Assembly: GCA_947626095.1 (NCBI GenBank)
Contig: CANQQV010000004.1
Span: 32,001 to 96,000 of the forward strand
Direction of reading: 5' to 3'
From: an uncultured Bacilli bacterium
GTDB taxonomy: Bacteria; Bacillota_I; Bacilli_A; RF39; UBA660
DNA length: 64,000 nucleotides
Shown here: in pieces, positions 56,711 to 64,000 of the stretch
Position numbering within the stretch: position 1 is the stretch's first letter
How the letters are laid out: each line of letters begins with the position of its first letter
Position numbers and translations under genes: made by a program
The notes under the pieces: generated by a model
Database searches by the model: none
What the model saw: the letters and a program-made list of their open reading frames with translations, nothing else
Told to the model about the DNA's origin: nothing

Positions 56711-57120
56711 TTAATAAAATAATATTCCTTAACCTTACGCCCAAAAAGCATTTATTTATCTATTCTATATCTATTACTTGCATATTCATAATAGGACTCC
56801 TTTCTTCAAAATTAAAAACATACGATTCCTACTATGTAACTGGCTTAGTATCTTGTGATAAAAATTGTAGTATTACGGTATCTTTTCCCTATGATAAAGT
56901 TGATATTTTAAAAGAAAATCCTCACATTGAATATCTAAACAAAGAATACGAAATAACTTCTATTATTTATAGTGAACCATATTTAAACGATCAAATCCCT
57001 TACGAAGATATCAAGCTAATAACTGATCTTCAAAGTGCAGATCCAATAATTAACTTTAAAATTTTATATAATAAGCAAAGAATAATATCCAAAATAAAAA
57101 ATATAGTCAAAGGAGAATAA
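56707..57120 (+). CDS. Short transport accessory protein (truncated ComB/HlyD-like)
   Basis: Overlaps transporter stop; one N-terminal TM then beta-rich domain; only 137 aa. Confidence 0.55.
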   Translation: MINKIIFLNLTPKKHLFIYSISITCIFIIGLLSSKLKTYDSYYVTGLVSCDKNCSITVSFPYDKVDILKENPHIEYLNKEYEITSIIYSEPYLNDQIPYEDIKLITDLQSADPIINFKILYNKQRIISKIKNIVKGE

Positions 57121-57121
57121 A

Positions 57122-57280
57122 ATGGAACTAACAAACGAAGAATTAAAAGCAGTTGACGGTGGCAGTTTAAAAGTAACTGTTGGTGGTGTCTTATTAGCTG
57201 TTGGAAGCGCCGCAGTTTTTGCCTTAGGTCTATTAAAAGGAGTAATGGGTAGTCCAACATGCTCATTAAAAGGAAAGTAG
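57122..57280 (+). CDS. Double-glycine leader peptide A (52 aa), class IIb bacteriocin-like
   Basis: AGGAG RBS; MELTNEELKAVDGG|SLKVTVGGVLLAVGSAAVFALGLLKGVMGSPTCSLKGK; not in ORF track. Confidence 0.88.
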   Translation: MELTNEELKAVDGGSLKVTVGGVLLAVGSAAVFALGLLKGVMGSPTCSLKGK

Positions 57281-57287
57281 GTGAATT

Positions 57288-57440
57288 ATGACTAACGAAG
57301 AGTTATTAAATGTTCAAGGTGGTAGCATTAGTGCATCACTTCTAAATGCTATTGCTAGAGGTGCAGAAGTACTATATAACATCGGCTCATCACTAGGTAA
57401 ATGTATTAGATTATTTATTAGTGGCAAAAAATGTAACTAG
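57288..57440 (+). CDS. Double-glycine leader peptide B (50 aa), class IIb bacteriocin-like
   Basis: AGGTGA RBS; MTNEELLNVQGG|SISASLLNAIARGAEVLYNIGSSLGKCIRLFISGKKCN; not in ORF track. Confidence 0.88.
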   Translation: MTNEELLNVQGGSISASLLNAIARGAEVLYNIGSSLGKCIRLFISGKKCN

Positions 57441-57443
57441 TAA

Positions 57444-57468
57444 AGGAAGAGAGTAATCTCTTCTTTTA
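57444..57468 (+). terminator. Intrinsic terminator closing the peptide-export operon
   Basis: GAAGAGA-GTAA-TCTCTTC plus T run. Confidence 0.8.
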
Positions 57469-57576
57469 TTATTTAGTAAAAAATGTCGAAAATATAACGA
57501 ATAATACTCTTTTTTCCCTTGTCAAGGCATTTATGAAGTGTTATAATCATTTATAGTTATGAAGGGAGGGAAATTT

Positions 57577-57768
57577 ATGACTAAAGTAGTAGTACAAAAC
57601 GGTAACATTGATGCAGCTCTTAAAAAATTTAAAGTAAAAGTTGCAAAAAGTGGAGTCCCTTCAAAACTAAAAGAAAAAAAATGCTATGATAAACCTGGCG
57701 TTAAAAGACGTAAGGCTAAAGAGGAAATGATTAGAAACTCTCGTAGACGTAGAAGAAATGATAGATAG
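57577..57768 (+). CDS. rpsU: 30S ribosomal protein S21
   Basis: ID.ALKKFK....KSG.......Y.KP.VKR; precedes yqeY; GGGAGG RBS gives start 57577. Confidence 0.93.
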   Translation: MTKVVVQNGNIDAALKKFKVKVAKSGVPSKLKEKKCYDKPGVKRRKAKEEMIRNSRRRRRNDR

Positions 57769-57779
57769 GAAGTGCTAAT

Positions 57780-58223
57780 ATGGCCTTAACGGATAATGTA
57801 GTTAAAGATATGACTGCTGCAATGAAAGCTCAAGATAAATTTAATTTATCAGTACTTCGTATGCTAAAAACAGCTTTACAAAATGAAAAAATCAATTTAA
57901 AACATGATTTATCTGATGATGAAGCTATTACCGTTATTAAAAGACAAGTAAAGCAAAGAAAAGATAGTATAACTGAATATGCTAAATATGGTAAACAAGA
58001 AGAAGTCGATAAATTAAATAAAGAAATCGAATGTCTATCAAAATATTTACCAGAAGAACTAAGTGAAGAACAAATCAATAAAGTTCTTGATGAAGTATTT
58101 GCTGAACTTAAACCTGAAAGTATTAAAGAAATGGGTAAAGTTATGAAAGAAGCTACTGCAAGACTAGGTAGCGCAGCTGATATGTCATTAGTAAGTTTTT
58201 TAGTAAAACAAAGATTAAGTTAA
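57780..58223 (+). CDS. yqeY: GatB/YqeY domain protein
   Basis: AMKA.DK..L..LRM, KQRKDSI..Y, YLP..LSEE, MGKVM. Confidence 0.93.
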   Translation: MALTDNVVKDMTAAMKAQDKFNLSVLRMLKTALQNEKINLKHDLSDDEAITVIKRQVKQRKDSITEYAKYGKQEEVDKLNKEIECLSKYLPEELSEEQINKVLDEVFAELKPESIKEMGKVMKEATARLGSAADMSLVSFLVKQRLS

Positions 58224-58354
58224 TTAGATGATGCAAATCATCTTTTTTTATTGAAAAATTAGCAAATTATTTGCCATGTTTTTTCAAAATGAACCCTCCT
58301 TAATTGCAAAGGCAACATATAATTGTTATAATTAAAAAAGAATGGAGTGGAATT

Positions 58355-59887
58355 ATGTACACAATTACCAATATATTTTGGGAAAGAGTAAATTTACACA
58401 TTATCCTAAATAAAGAAATAGAAGAAAAAGTATATTTATGCAGTAAAACTGAGAGTATTTTACTCAACTCAAAATCAAATGAAATTGTAATAAATGTAAC
58501 CAATACTCCAGAAGGAACTATGCTAGATGCGAAAACCTGGACTTTAAGCATAGAAGATTCACAAATAACATTAGATCCTTCGTTACTTCAAACTTTAGAT
58601 GATAAATCAAGAAATTTTTTATATCGAGGAAAAAAATATGCATATTTAGTAAACCTTTATGCAACTGAAGAACTAAATTTGACAATTACAACTAAATTTA
58701 TGATCGAAAATACCAAGCCAAAAGCCTTTTACAATCTATCTGAAACAAAAAGATTATCTAGTAAAATAAAAATTATTGCCAAAAGAACATTAGTATCATT
58801 ATGTAATATTTATTATAAAATATTAAATTTTGTTAAACCTGGTTCTAAAAATATTTTATTTTTAACGGAAAATAGTGATAGTTTAACCTGGAATTTAAAA
58901 TACTTATATGAATATCTACCAAAGGACAAATATAAGATTAGAATTTACTCTCAAAATAAATATGTTAATAAAAAGAACTACATAAGCCGAATAAAAGAAA
59001 CTACAGCAATTGCTCTAAGTGATATCATATTTGTTGATAATTATACTTCAATTCTATCATTCTTAAAACTATCAAAAAATGTTAAATTAATTCAACTATG
59101 GCACGCTGGAATTGGCTTTAAATCAGTTGGTTATGCTAGATTCGGTCTAGATGGATCACCACATCCATACATTTCTTGTCATCGAAAATATACAGATGTA
59201 ATAGTTGATCAACCAAATTTAATAGAAGTTTATTCAGAAGTTTTTGGTGTCCCAAAATCAAGATTTAAAAGTTATGGTATTCCAAGATTAGACAACTATC
59301 TAGACAAAGCAAAGATTAATGAGACTACTGAAAAATTATATAAAATAAACAAACAGATTGAATCATCAAAAGTAATTCTATTCTCTCCAACATATAGAGG
59401 AACAGGAAGTAACACGGCGTATTATGACTTCTCATTAATTGACTTAAATAAAATCTATTCTTTTTGCGAAGATAACAATTTTATTTTTATTATAAAAATG
59501 CATCCATTTGTAACAGAAAAAATAAATATTCCAAGTAAATATCAAAATAAAATATATGATTATTCAAATTTAGATATTAATGATTTGATTTATATAAGTG
59601 ATATTATGATAACAGATTACTCATCATGTGCATATGAATTTTCGTTATTTAATCGTCCATTAATTTTTTATCGTTTTGATAAAGAATTATATGAATATCA
59701 AAGACCAATGCATACAGTCGATAGTTTCACTAAAAAACAATATGAAGTTAAAACACTTGCCGAACTAATGAAAATATTAGATAAAAATAAAGATATAGAA
59801 ATTAAAGATCGCTTTAAAAACATCAAAAAAGACGAAAAAGAATCTTCTTGCGAAAAAATACTAAAAGATATAATAGGTGATGAATAA
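58355..59887 (+). CDS. CDP-glycerol/ribitol phosphotransferase (TagF/TarL-like polymerase)
   Basis: QLWHA..GFK.VG, GIPRLD, LFSPTYRG, KMHP, ITDYSS..YEF. Confidence 0.9.
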   Translation: MYTITNIFWERVNLHIILNKEIEEKVYLCSKTESILLNSKSNEIVINVTNTPEGTMLDAKTWTLSIEDSQITLDPSLLQTLDDKSRNFLYRGKKYAYLVNLYATEELNLTITTKFMIENTKPKAFYNLSETKRLSSKIKIIAKRTLVSLCNIYYKILNFVKPGSKNILFLTENSDSLTWNLKYLYEYLPKDKYKIRIYSQNKYVNKKNYISRIKETTAIALSDIIFVDNYTSILSFLKLSKNVKLIQLWHAGIGFKSVGYARFGLDGSPHPYISCHRKYTDVIVDQPNLIEVYSEVFGVPKSRFKSYGIPRLDNYLDKAKINETTEKLYKINKQIESSKVILFSPTYRGTGSNTAYYDFSLIDLNKIYSFCEDNNFIFIIKMHPFVTEKINIPSKYQNKIYDYSNLDINDLIYISDIMITDYSSCAYEFSLFNRPLIFYRFDKELYEYQRPMHTVDSFTKKQYEVKTLAELMKILDKNKDIEIKDRFKNIKKDEKESSCEKILKDIIGDE

Positions 59888-61007
59888 TATGGTATTAATT
59901 TTAAGAATCGCAATTATTTTTTTAAACATAATATATTTTTTTCTAAAACTATTACCAACACAAAACAAAATAGTTTTTATGAGTAGACAATCAAACAATC
60001 CAAGTCTAGATTTCAACTTACTACAAAATAAATTAAAAAATAAATACAAAGTTGTTATCCTATGTAAAACTTTAGATGGTAAAGACAAAGCAAAAATTAA
60101 ATCAATAATAAGTTATGGTTTTCATATGTTAAGGCAGATGTACGAGCTAGCAACTTCTAAAGTATGCATATTAGATAGTTATATTCCAACAATAAGTATT
60201 CTAAAACACAAAAAAAGTCTAACCATCATTCAAATGTGGCATTCTAATGGTACTATGAAAAAGTTTGGTTATACCGCCTTAAAAAAAGCTGAAGGTAACA
60301 ACAGTAAATACGTTAAAATTCTAAAAATGCACAAAAACTATGATATTGTTTTTGCTTCTGGCAGTGCATATAAAAGTCATTTAGCCAAGGGCTTTAATAT
60401 ATCCGAAGATAAAATTCTAACGTATTCATTACCAAGAATCGATTTGTTATCAGATAAAGAATATGAGCAAAAAACAAAAAGAAAAATATTCAAGGAATAT
60501 CCAGAATTAGACTCAAAGAAGAAAAACATTGTCTATGCTCCAACTTTTAGAAAAAATGAAGAATCTTTTAATGAAAAATTTAAAGAATTAATAAAAAATA
60601 TCGATATAACTAAATACAATGTCATTGTTAAACTTCATCCGTTATCAAAAGTTACAATTGAAAATAGCGATGTAATAATTGATAATAAATTTTCTACATT
60701 TGACATGTTATTCATTGCCGATGCTCTAATAAGTGATTACTCATGTGTAATCTATGAAGCAGGAGTAAGAAACATCCCTCTATATTTTTATGCTTATGAT
60801 TTAGAAGAATATGAAAAAAATAGAGGTCTTGCCCTTGATTATAATGAACTACCAGGATATACAGAAAGAAGTGGCAAAAAATTAGCATTATCTTTAGAAA
60901 AAGAATATGATAAAACATATTTAAAAAAGTTTATTAAAAAATATGTTGAAAACACAAAAAATTGTACTGAAAAAATAGTTGAATTAATTGAAACAAAAAT
61001 GAAATAG
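59877..61007 (+). CDS. CDP-glycerol phosphotransferase (TagB/TarB-like)
   Basis: QMWHS.G.MKKFG, LPRID, YAPTFR, KLHP, ISDYS. Confidence 0.88.
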   Translation: MMNNMVLILRIAIIFLNIIYFFLKLLPTQNKIVFMSRQSNNPSLDFNLLQNKLKNKYKVVILCKTLDGKDKAKIKSIISYGFHMLRQMYELATSKVCILDSYIPTISILKHKKSLTIIQMWHSNGTMKKFGYTALKKAEGNNSKYVKILKMHKNYDIVFASGSAYKSHLAKGFNISEDKILTYSLPRIDLLSDKEYEQKTKRKIFKEYPELDSKKKNIVYAPTFRKNEESFNEKFKELIKNIDITKYNVIVKLHPLSKVTIENSDVIIDNKFSTFDMLFIADALISDYSCVIYEAGVRNIPLYFYAYDLEEYEKNRGLALDYNELPGYTERSGKKLALSLEKEYDKTYLKKFIKKYVENTKNCTEKIVELIETKMK

Positions 61008-61015
61008 GTGATTAT

Positions 61016-62077
61016 ATGGAAAAACACAACGGTATTATCAGTTTTTGGAAATTTATTTTTTGTTTAGTTATAATAATATTTCATGCTGGTGAATATTTTA
61101 TCGGAAAACAAGAAATATTATTTAGATATGGTTCAATAGCCGTTGAATTTTTCTTTATAGTTTCTGGCTTTTTAATGTGTAAAAAAGCCTGTAGTACCAA
61201 AACAAGTTCAAATACTTCAATCGGTCAGGAGACTTTTCAGTTTGTCATATCCAAATTTGCAAAATTATTTCCCTATATTTTAATTGCCTTTATTGTTGAT
61301 TGTTTATTAAGATGTTTAGCCGACATAAGTAGTATTAAATATTATATAAATGGTTTATTTGATCTATTTATGTTAAAAATGGCTGGTTTTAAAACAACCG
61401 GCTTTATTGGACATACATGGTATATATCTGCTATGTTAATCTCCATGGCTTTAATATATCCGCAAATAAAAAAATTTGACAAAAATTATTTCTATTTAAT
61501 TGCTCCTTTATCAATTATATTAATCGGTGGCTGGTTTAATCAAAGCTATGGAAATTTAAGAGAACCGACTATATGGACTGGCTTTGCCTACAAAGGTTTA
61601 ATTAGAGCATATATTGAAGTAATGATTGGCAGTCTTCTATATCCATTGGCAGTAAAACTAAAAAGAGTCAATTTCACAAACACAGCAAAATTATTAAGCA
61701 CATTTTTCGAGTGGGGGGGGTACATCTTTGTAATATTAGTTAGTCATTTTATTAAAGATACAAGTCTAGACTATATTCTCGTAGTCGTTCTTGCTTTATC
61801 TATATTAATATCATTCTCAGAACAAACACTAGAACTAAAAATAATGAGTAACAAATTTGTATTCTTTTTAGAAAAATTAAGCTTAACAATGTACCTAATT
61901 CACATTCCATTTAGGTCATATTTTAAAATAATCAATAGTCCCATAACATATAGACAAGAACTTATTTTTTTATTAACTATATCACTTATTTTAGGGACAA
62001 TTATGATATACTTTGTTGAATACTTAAAAAAGAAAGAATACTTTATTCCTCAAATTAAAAAGCTAATAATTAAATAA
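61016..62077 (+). CDS. Acyltransferase family 3 (OafA-like O-acyltransferase)
   Basis: IIFH, AVEFFFIVSGF, TWYISA, S..MYLIH; about 10 TM. Confidence 0.88.
   Translation: MEKHNGIISFWKFIFCLVIIIFHAGEYFIGKQEILFRYGSIAVEFFFIVSGFLMCKKACSTKTSSNTSIGQETFQFVISKFAKLFPYILIAFIVDCLLRCLADISSIKYYINGLFDLFMLKMAGFKTTGFIGHTWYISAMLISMALIYPQIKKFDKNYFYLIAPLSIILIGGWFNQSYGNLREPTIWTGFAYKGLIRAYIEVMIGSLLYPLAVKLKRVNFTNTAKLLSTFFEWGGYIFVILVSHFIKDTSLDYILVVVLALSILISFSEQTLELKIMSNKFVFFLEKLSLTMYLIHIPFRSYFKIINSPITYRQELIFLLTISLILGTIMIYFVEYLKKKEYFIPQIKKLIIK
61713..61720 (+). repeat. G8 homopolymer inside the acyltransferase ORF
   Basis: GAG TGG GGG GGG TAC; longest G/C run I noticed in the window. Confidence 0.85.
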
Positions 62078-62099
62078 TCAGAATAAGGAAGTGAAAAGT

Positions 62100-64000
62100 A
62101 TGAAAAATACTTTACAATCAAAGTTAAAAAGAATCAAAAATAAACTAATTACATACTATAAAAATGAAAATGCAGGTAAATACCTTTTTGATAATCAAAG
62201 AGTAATAATTAATGAAGACGACAAACGAAAAGTTTGGGCATTTTGTTCTGGTCAAAACAGCCAAGATTTTCGTGGTAATCCTAAATACTTATTCTTATAC
62301 ATAAATACTTATCGTAAAGATATAACAGCATACTGGCTATGTGATAATGATGACACAATAAGATTTGTTAGGAAATTAGGTTATAAAGCTTATAAGATTG
62401 GTACAAAACAATCTGAAGAAGCCATAAGTAAAACAGGTGTTTTAGTAACAGAACAAGTTAAAGAATACATTCCTGAAGGCCTAGAAAATGCTATATATGT
62501 TAATTTATGGCATGGAGTAGGTGGTGTAAAAAACGTTGAGCGTTGTATATATGATGGAATCCTAGGCGAACCAATTATAAAAAAATATATAAAGAATAAC
62601 TACATATTTTTAAGAAACGAACTATATTTAGCTCCATCTAAATTCATCGAAGAAATTGCTATTGATCAACTAGGATTAGAAAAAAACAAAATAATAAGAG
62701 CCGGCTATCCCAGATGTATATACCAAAAAGAATATAATTTTAAACCAACATTTGATACCAATTTAATTCAAAAAAATAATCTTCCTGAAGATACAAGAAT
62801 AGTTGCTTATACCCCAACATGGCGTAGTGAAAGTGATGGTGATTTTTTTACTAAAGCAATTCCCGACATTAATAGTTTGATTGAAGTATGTGAAAAAAAT
62901 CATCTATTATTTATTTTTAAAATGCATCCAATCCTAGAAAATGAGAAAGGCTTTCTTGAAGCTAAAGAACATTATAAAAACAATCCTTGGTTAATATTTT
63001 GGGATAATAAATACGACTTTTATGAAGTTATGCCGCAAGTTGATTTATGTATCATGGATTTTTCATCAATCTATACCGACTTTATATTAATGGGAACAAA
63101 ACACTACATAAGATACTTGTTTGATAATGATAGTTTAACTATGGATTTTCCAATGAATTATGATGATACAACACTAGGGAAAAAATGTTATACATTCACT
63201 GATTTACTTAAAACTTTAAGCAACTATCAAAACGAAAATTTAGATAAAGAAATTCAAAAAATAACGGAACTATATTGGGAATACTCTACACCAAATGATA
63301 TGGATAATATCATTCAATCAGTGTTAGAATTTAAACCTGAAGAAAAGCCACTAAACATCTTATATAGTTATGATATATTTGATACTTTAATTTCGCGAAA
63401 AGTTTTAGAACCAACAGGAATCTTTTATTATGTTAAAGAGAAAATGATTGCTTCAAATATGAATTTCCCTGAATATCTAATAGTTGACTATCCGAATATT
63501 AGAAAAAATGCCGAATTAGATGTTAGAGAATATTATACTAGGACAAAAGAAGAAAGAAAAAGTGATAAATGTGAAATTCAATTTGACGAAATCTTTGAAC
63601 ATATTCAATCAGTTTTTAAAATATCCAAAGAACAAACAAATAAATTAAAAGAGTGGGAACTAGAAGCTGAACTAGAAAATGTAATTCCAATAAGTGAAAA
63701 TATTTCAAAGGTAAAACAATTATTAAAAGATAAACAAAAAGTAATGTTGATAAGTGATATGTATCTACCAAAAGATTTTATCATTAAATTACTGAAAAAA
63801 GTTGATCCCGAACTTGCTAAATTAGATATGTATTTATCTTCTGAATATGGATACATGAAAGCCGACAAAACTTTATTTATGGAAGTATACCGAAAATATG
63901 GGAAAAAATATTTCTTTGACAAATGGATTCATGTTGGTGATAATCCTAAATCAGACGATATAATGCCTAAAAAATTATTCATAACAACATCACCAGTAAC
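62100..64000 (+). CDS. CDP-glycerol phosphotransferase fused to HAD-like hydrolase (partial, runs off window end)
   Basis: GNPKYLF, NLWHG, GYPR, YTPTWR, KMHP, DFSS, then SYDIFDTLISR, ISDMYLP, HVGDN..SD; absent from ORF track because it has no stop in the window. Confidence 0.85.
   Translation, partial: MKNTLQSKLKRIKNKLITYYKNENAGKYLFDNQRVIINEDDKRKVWAFCSGQNSQDFRGNPKYLFLYINTYRKDITAYWLCDNDDTIRFVRKLGYKAYKIGTKQSEEAISKTGVLVTEQVKEYIPEGLENAIYVNLWHGVGGVKNVERCIYDGILGEPIIKKYIKNNYIFLRNELYLAPSKFIEEIAIDQLGLEKNKIIRAGYPRCIYQKEYNFKPTFDTNLIQKNNLPEDTRIVAYTPTWRSESDGDFFTKAIPDINSLIEVCEKNHLLFIFKMHPILENEKGFLEAKEHYKNNPWLIFWDNKYDFYEVMPQVDLCIMDFSSIYTDFILMGTKHYIRYLFDNDSLTMDFPMNYDDTTLGKKCYTFTDLLKTLSNYQNENLDKEIQKITELYWEYSTPNDMDNIIQSVLEFKPEEKPLNILYSYDIFDTLISRKVLEPTGIFYYVKEKMIASNMNFPEYLIVDYPNIRKNAELDVREYYTRTKEERKSDKCEIQFDEIFEHIQSVFKISKEQTNKLKEWELEAELENVIPISENISKVKQLLKDKQKVMLISDMYLPKDFIIKLLKKVDPELAKLDMYLSSEYGYMKADKTLFMEVYRKYGKKYFFDKWIHVGDNPKSDDIMPKKLFITTSPV

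Noticed and set aside
57484-57504. Third copy of the competence promoter (ACGAATAAT) before rpsU
   Set aside because: Only the CGAATAAT core matches; the AGGAAAT box is absent and rpsU has a normal SigA promoter.
1027-63922. Short antisense or alternate-frame ORFs inside long genes (e.g. 1027, 2151, 4877, 7070, 17360, 26098, 28085, 31433, 35415, 37879, 47577, 48224, 48773, 57030, 57830, 63605)
   Set aside because: Shadow ORFs of well-supported genes; no RBS or recognisable motifs.
1-64000. CRISPR array, rRNA, IS element, prophage, recoded stop codons
   Set aside because: No spaced direct repeats, rRNA-like segments, transposase or phage genes seen; Trp is TGG and ORFs are intact under code 11.

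Overview
Low-GC chromosomal segment (roughly 27% by eye, genetic code 11) of a streamlined, apparently spore-forming member of the Bacilli; an RF39/Erysipelotrichia-like lineage is my inference. The backbone is housekeeping: def, ftsW, comEA-comEC-holA, rnhC, trxA, a fragmented dcw cluster (spoVD-mraY / spoVE / murG-murB-divIB), murT-gatD, pyrH, rpsB-tsf-frr, rpsU-yqeY, tRNA-Arg, sporulation genes (spoIIIAH, gerE, gerM, yjcZ) and the start of a teichoic-acid/surface-polymer locus. Many stand-alone orphan genes are interleaved. I saw no integrase, transposase, prophage or CRISPR array. Main observations: (1) an identical bipartite promoter motif, AAAAAAGGAAAT-N10-ATCGCGAATAATTAAA, sits upstream of both comEA-comEC and a C39-peptidase ABC exporter followed by two unannotated double-glycine peptides, suggesting a competence-coupled bacteriocin/pheromone regulon; (2) two paralogous hybrid kinases and an Hpt-REC protein with no output domain are interleaved with an acyl-CoA ligase and an acyltransferase; (3) a yybP-ykoY (Mn2+) riboswitch controls a soluble non-transporter protein; (4) a leader-peptide/terminator attenuator precedes a relocated pyrH; (5) a WXG100-phosphodiester glycosidase fusion; (6) a ClpX paralogue with a new N-domain; (7) a G8 tract in an O-acyltransferase. 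All family assignments come from motif recognition by eye; no searches were run.
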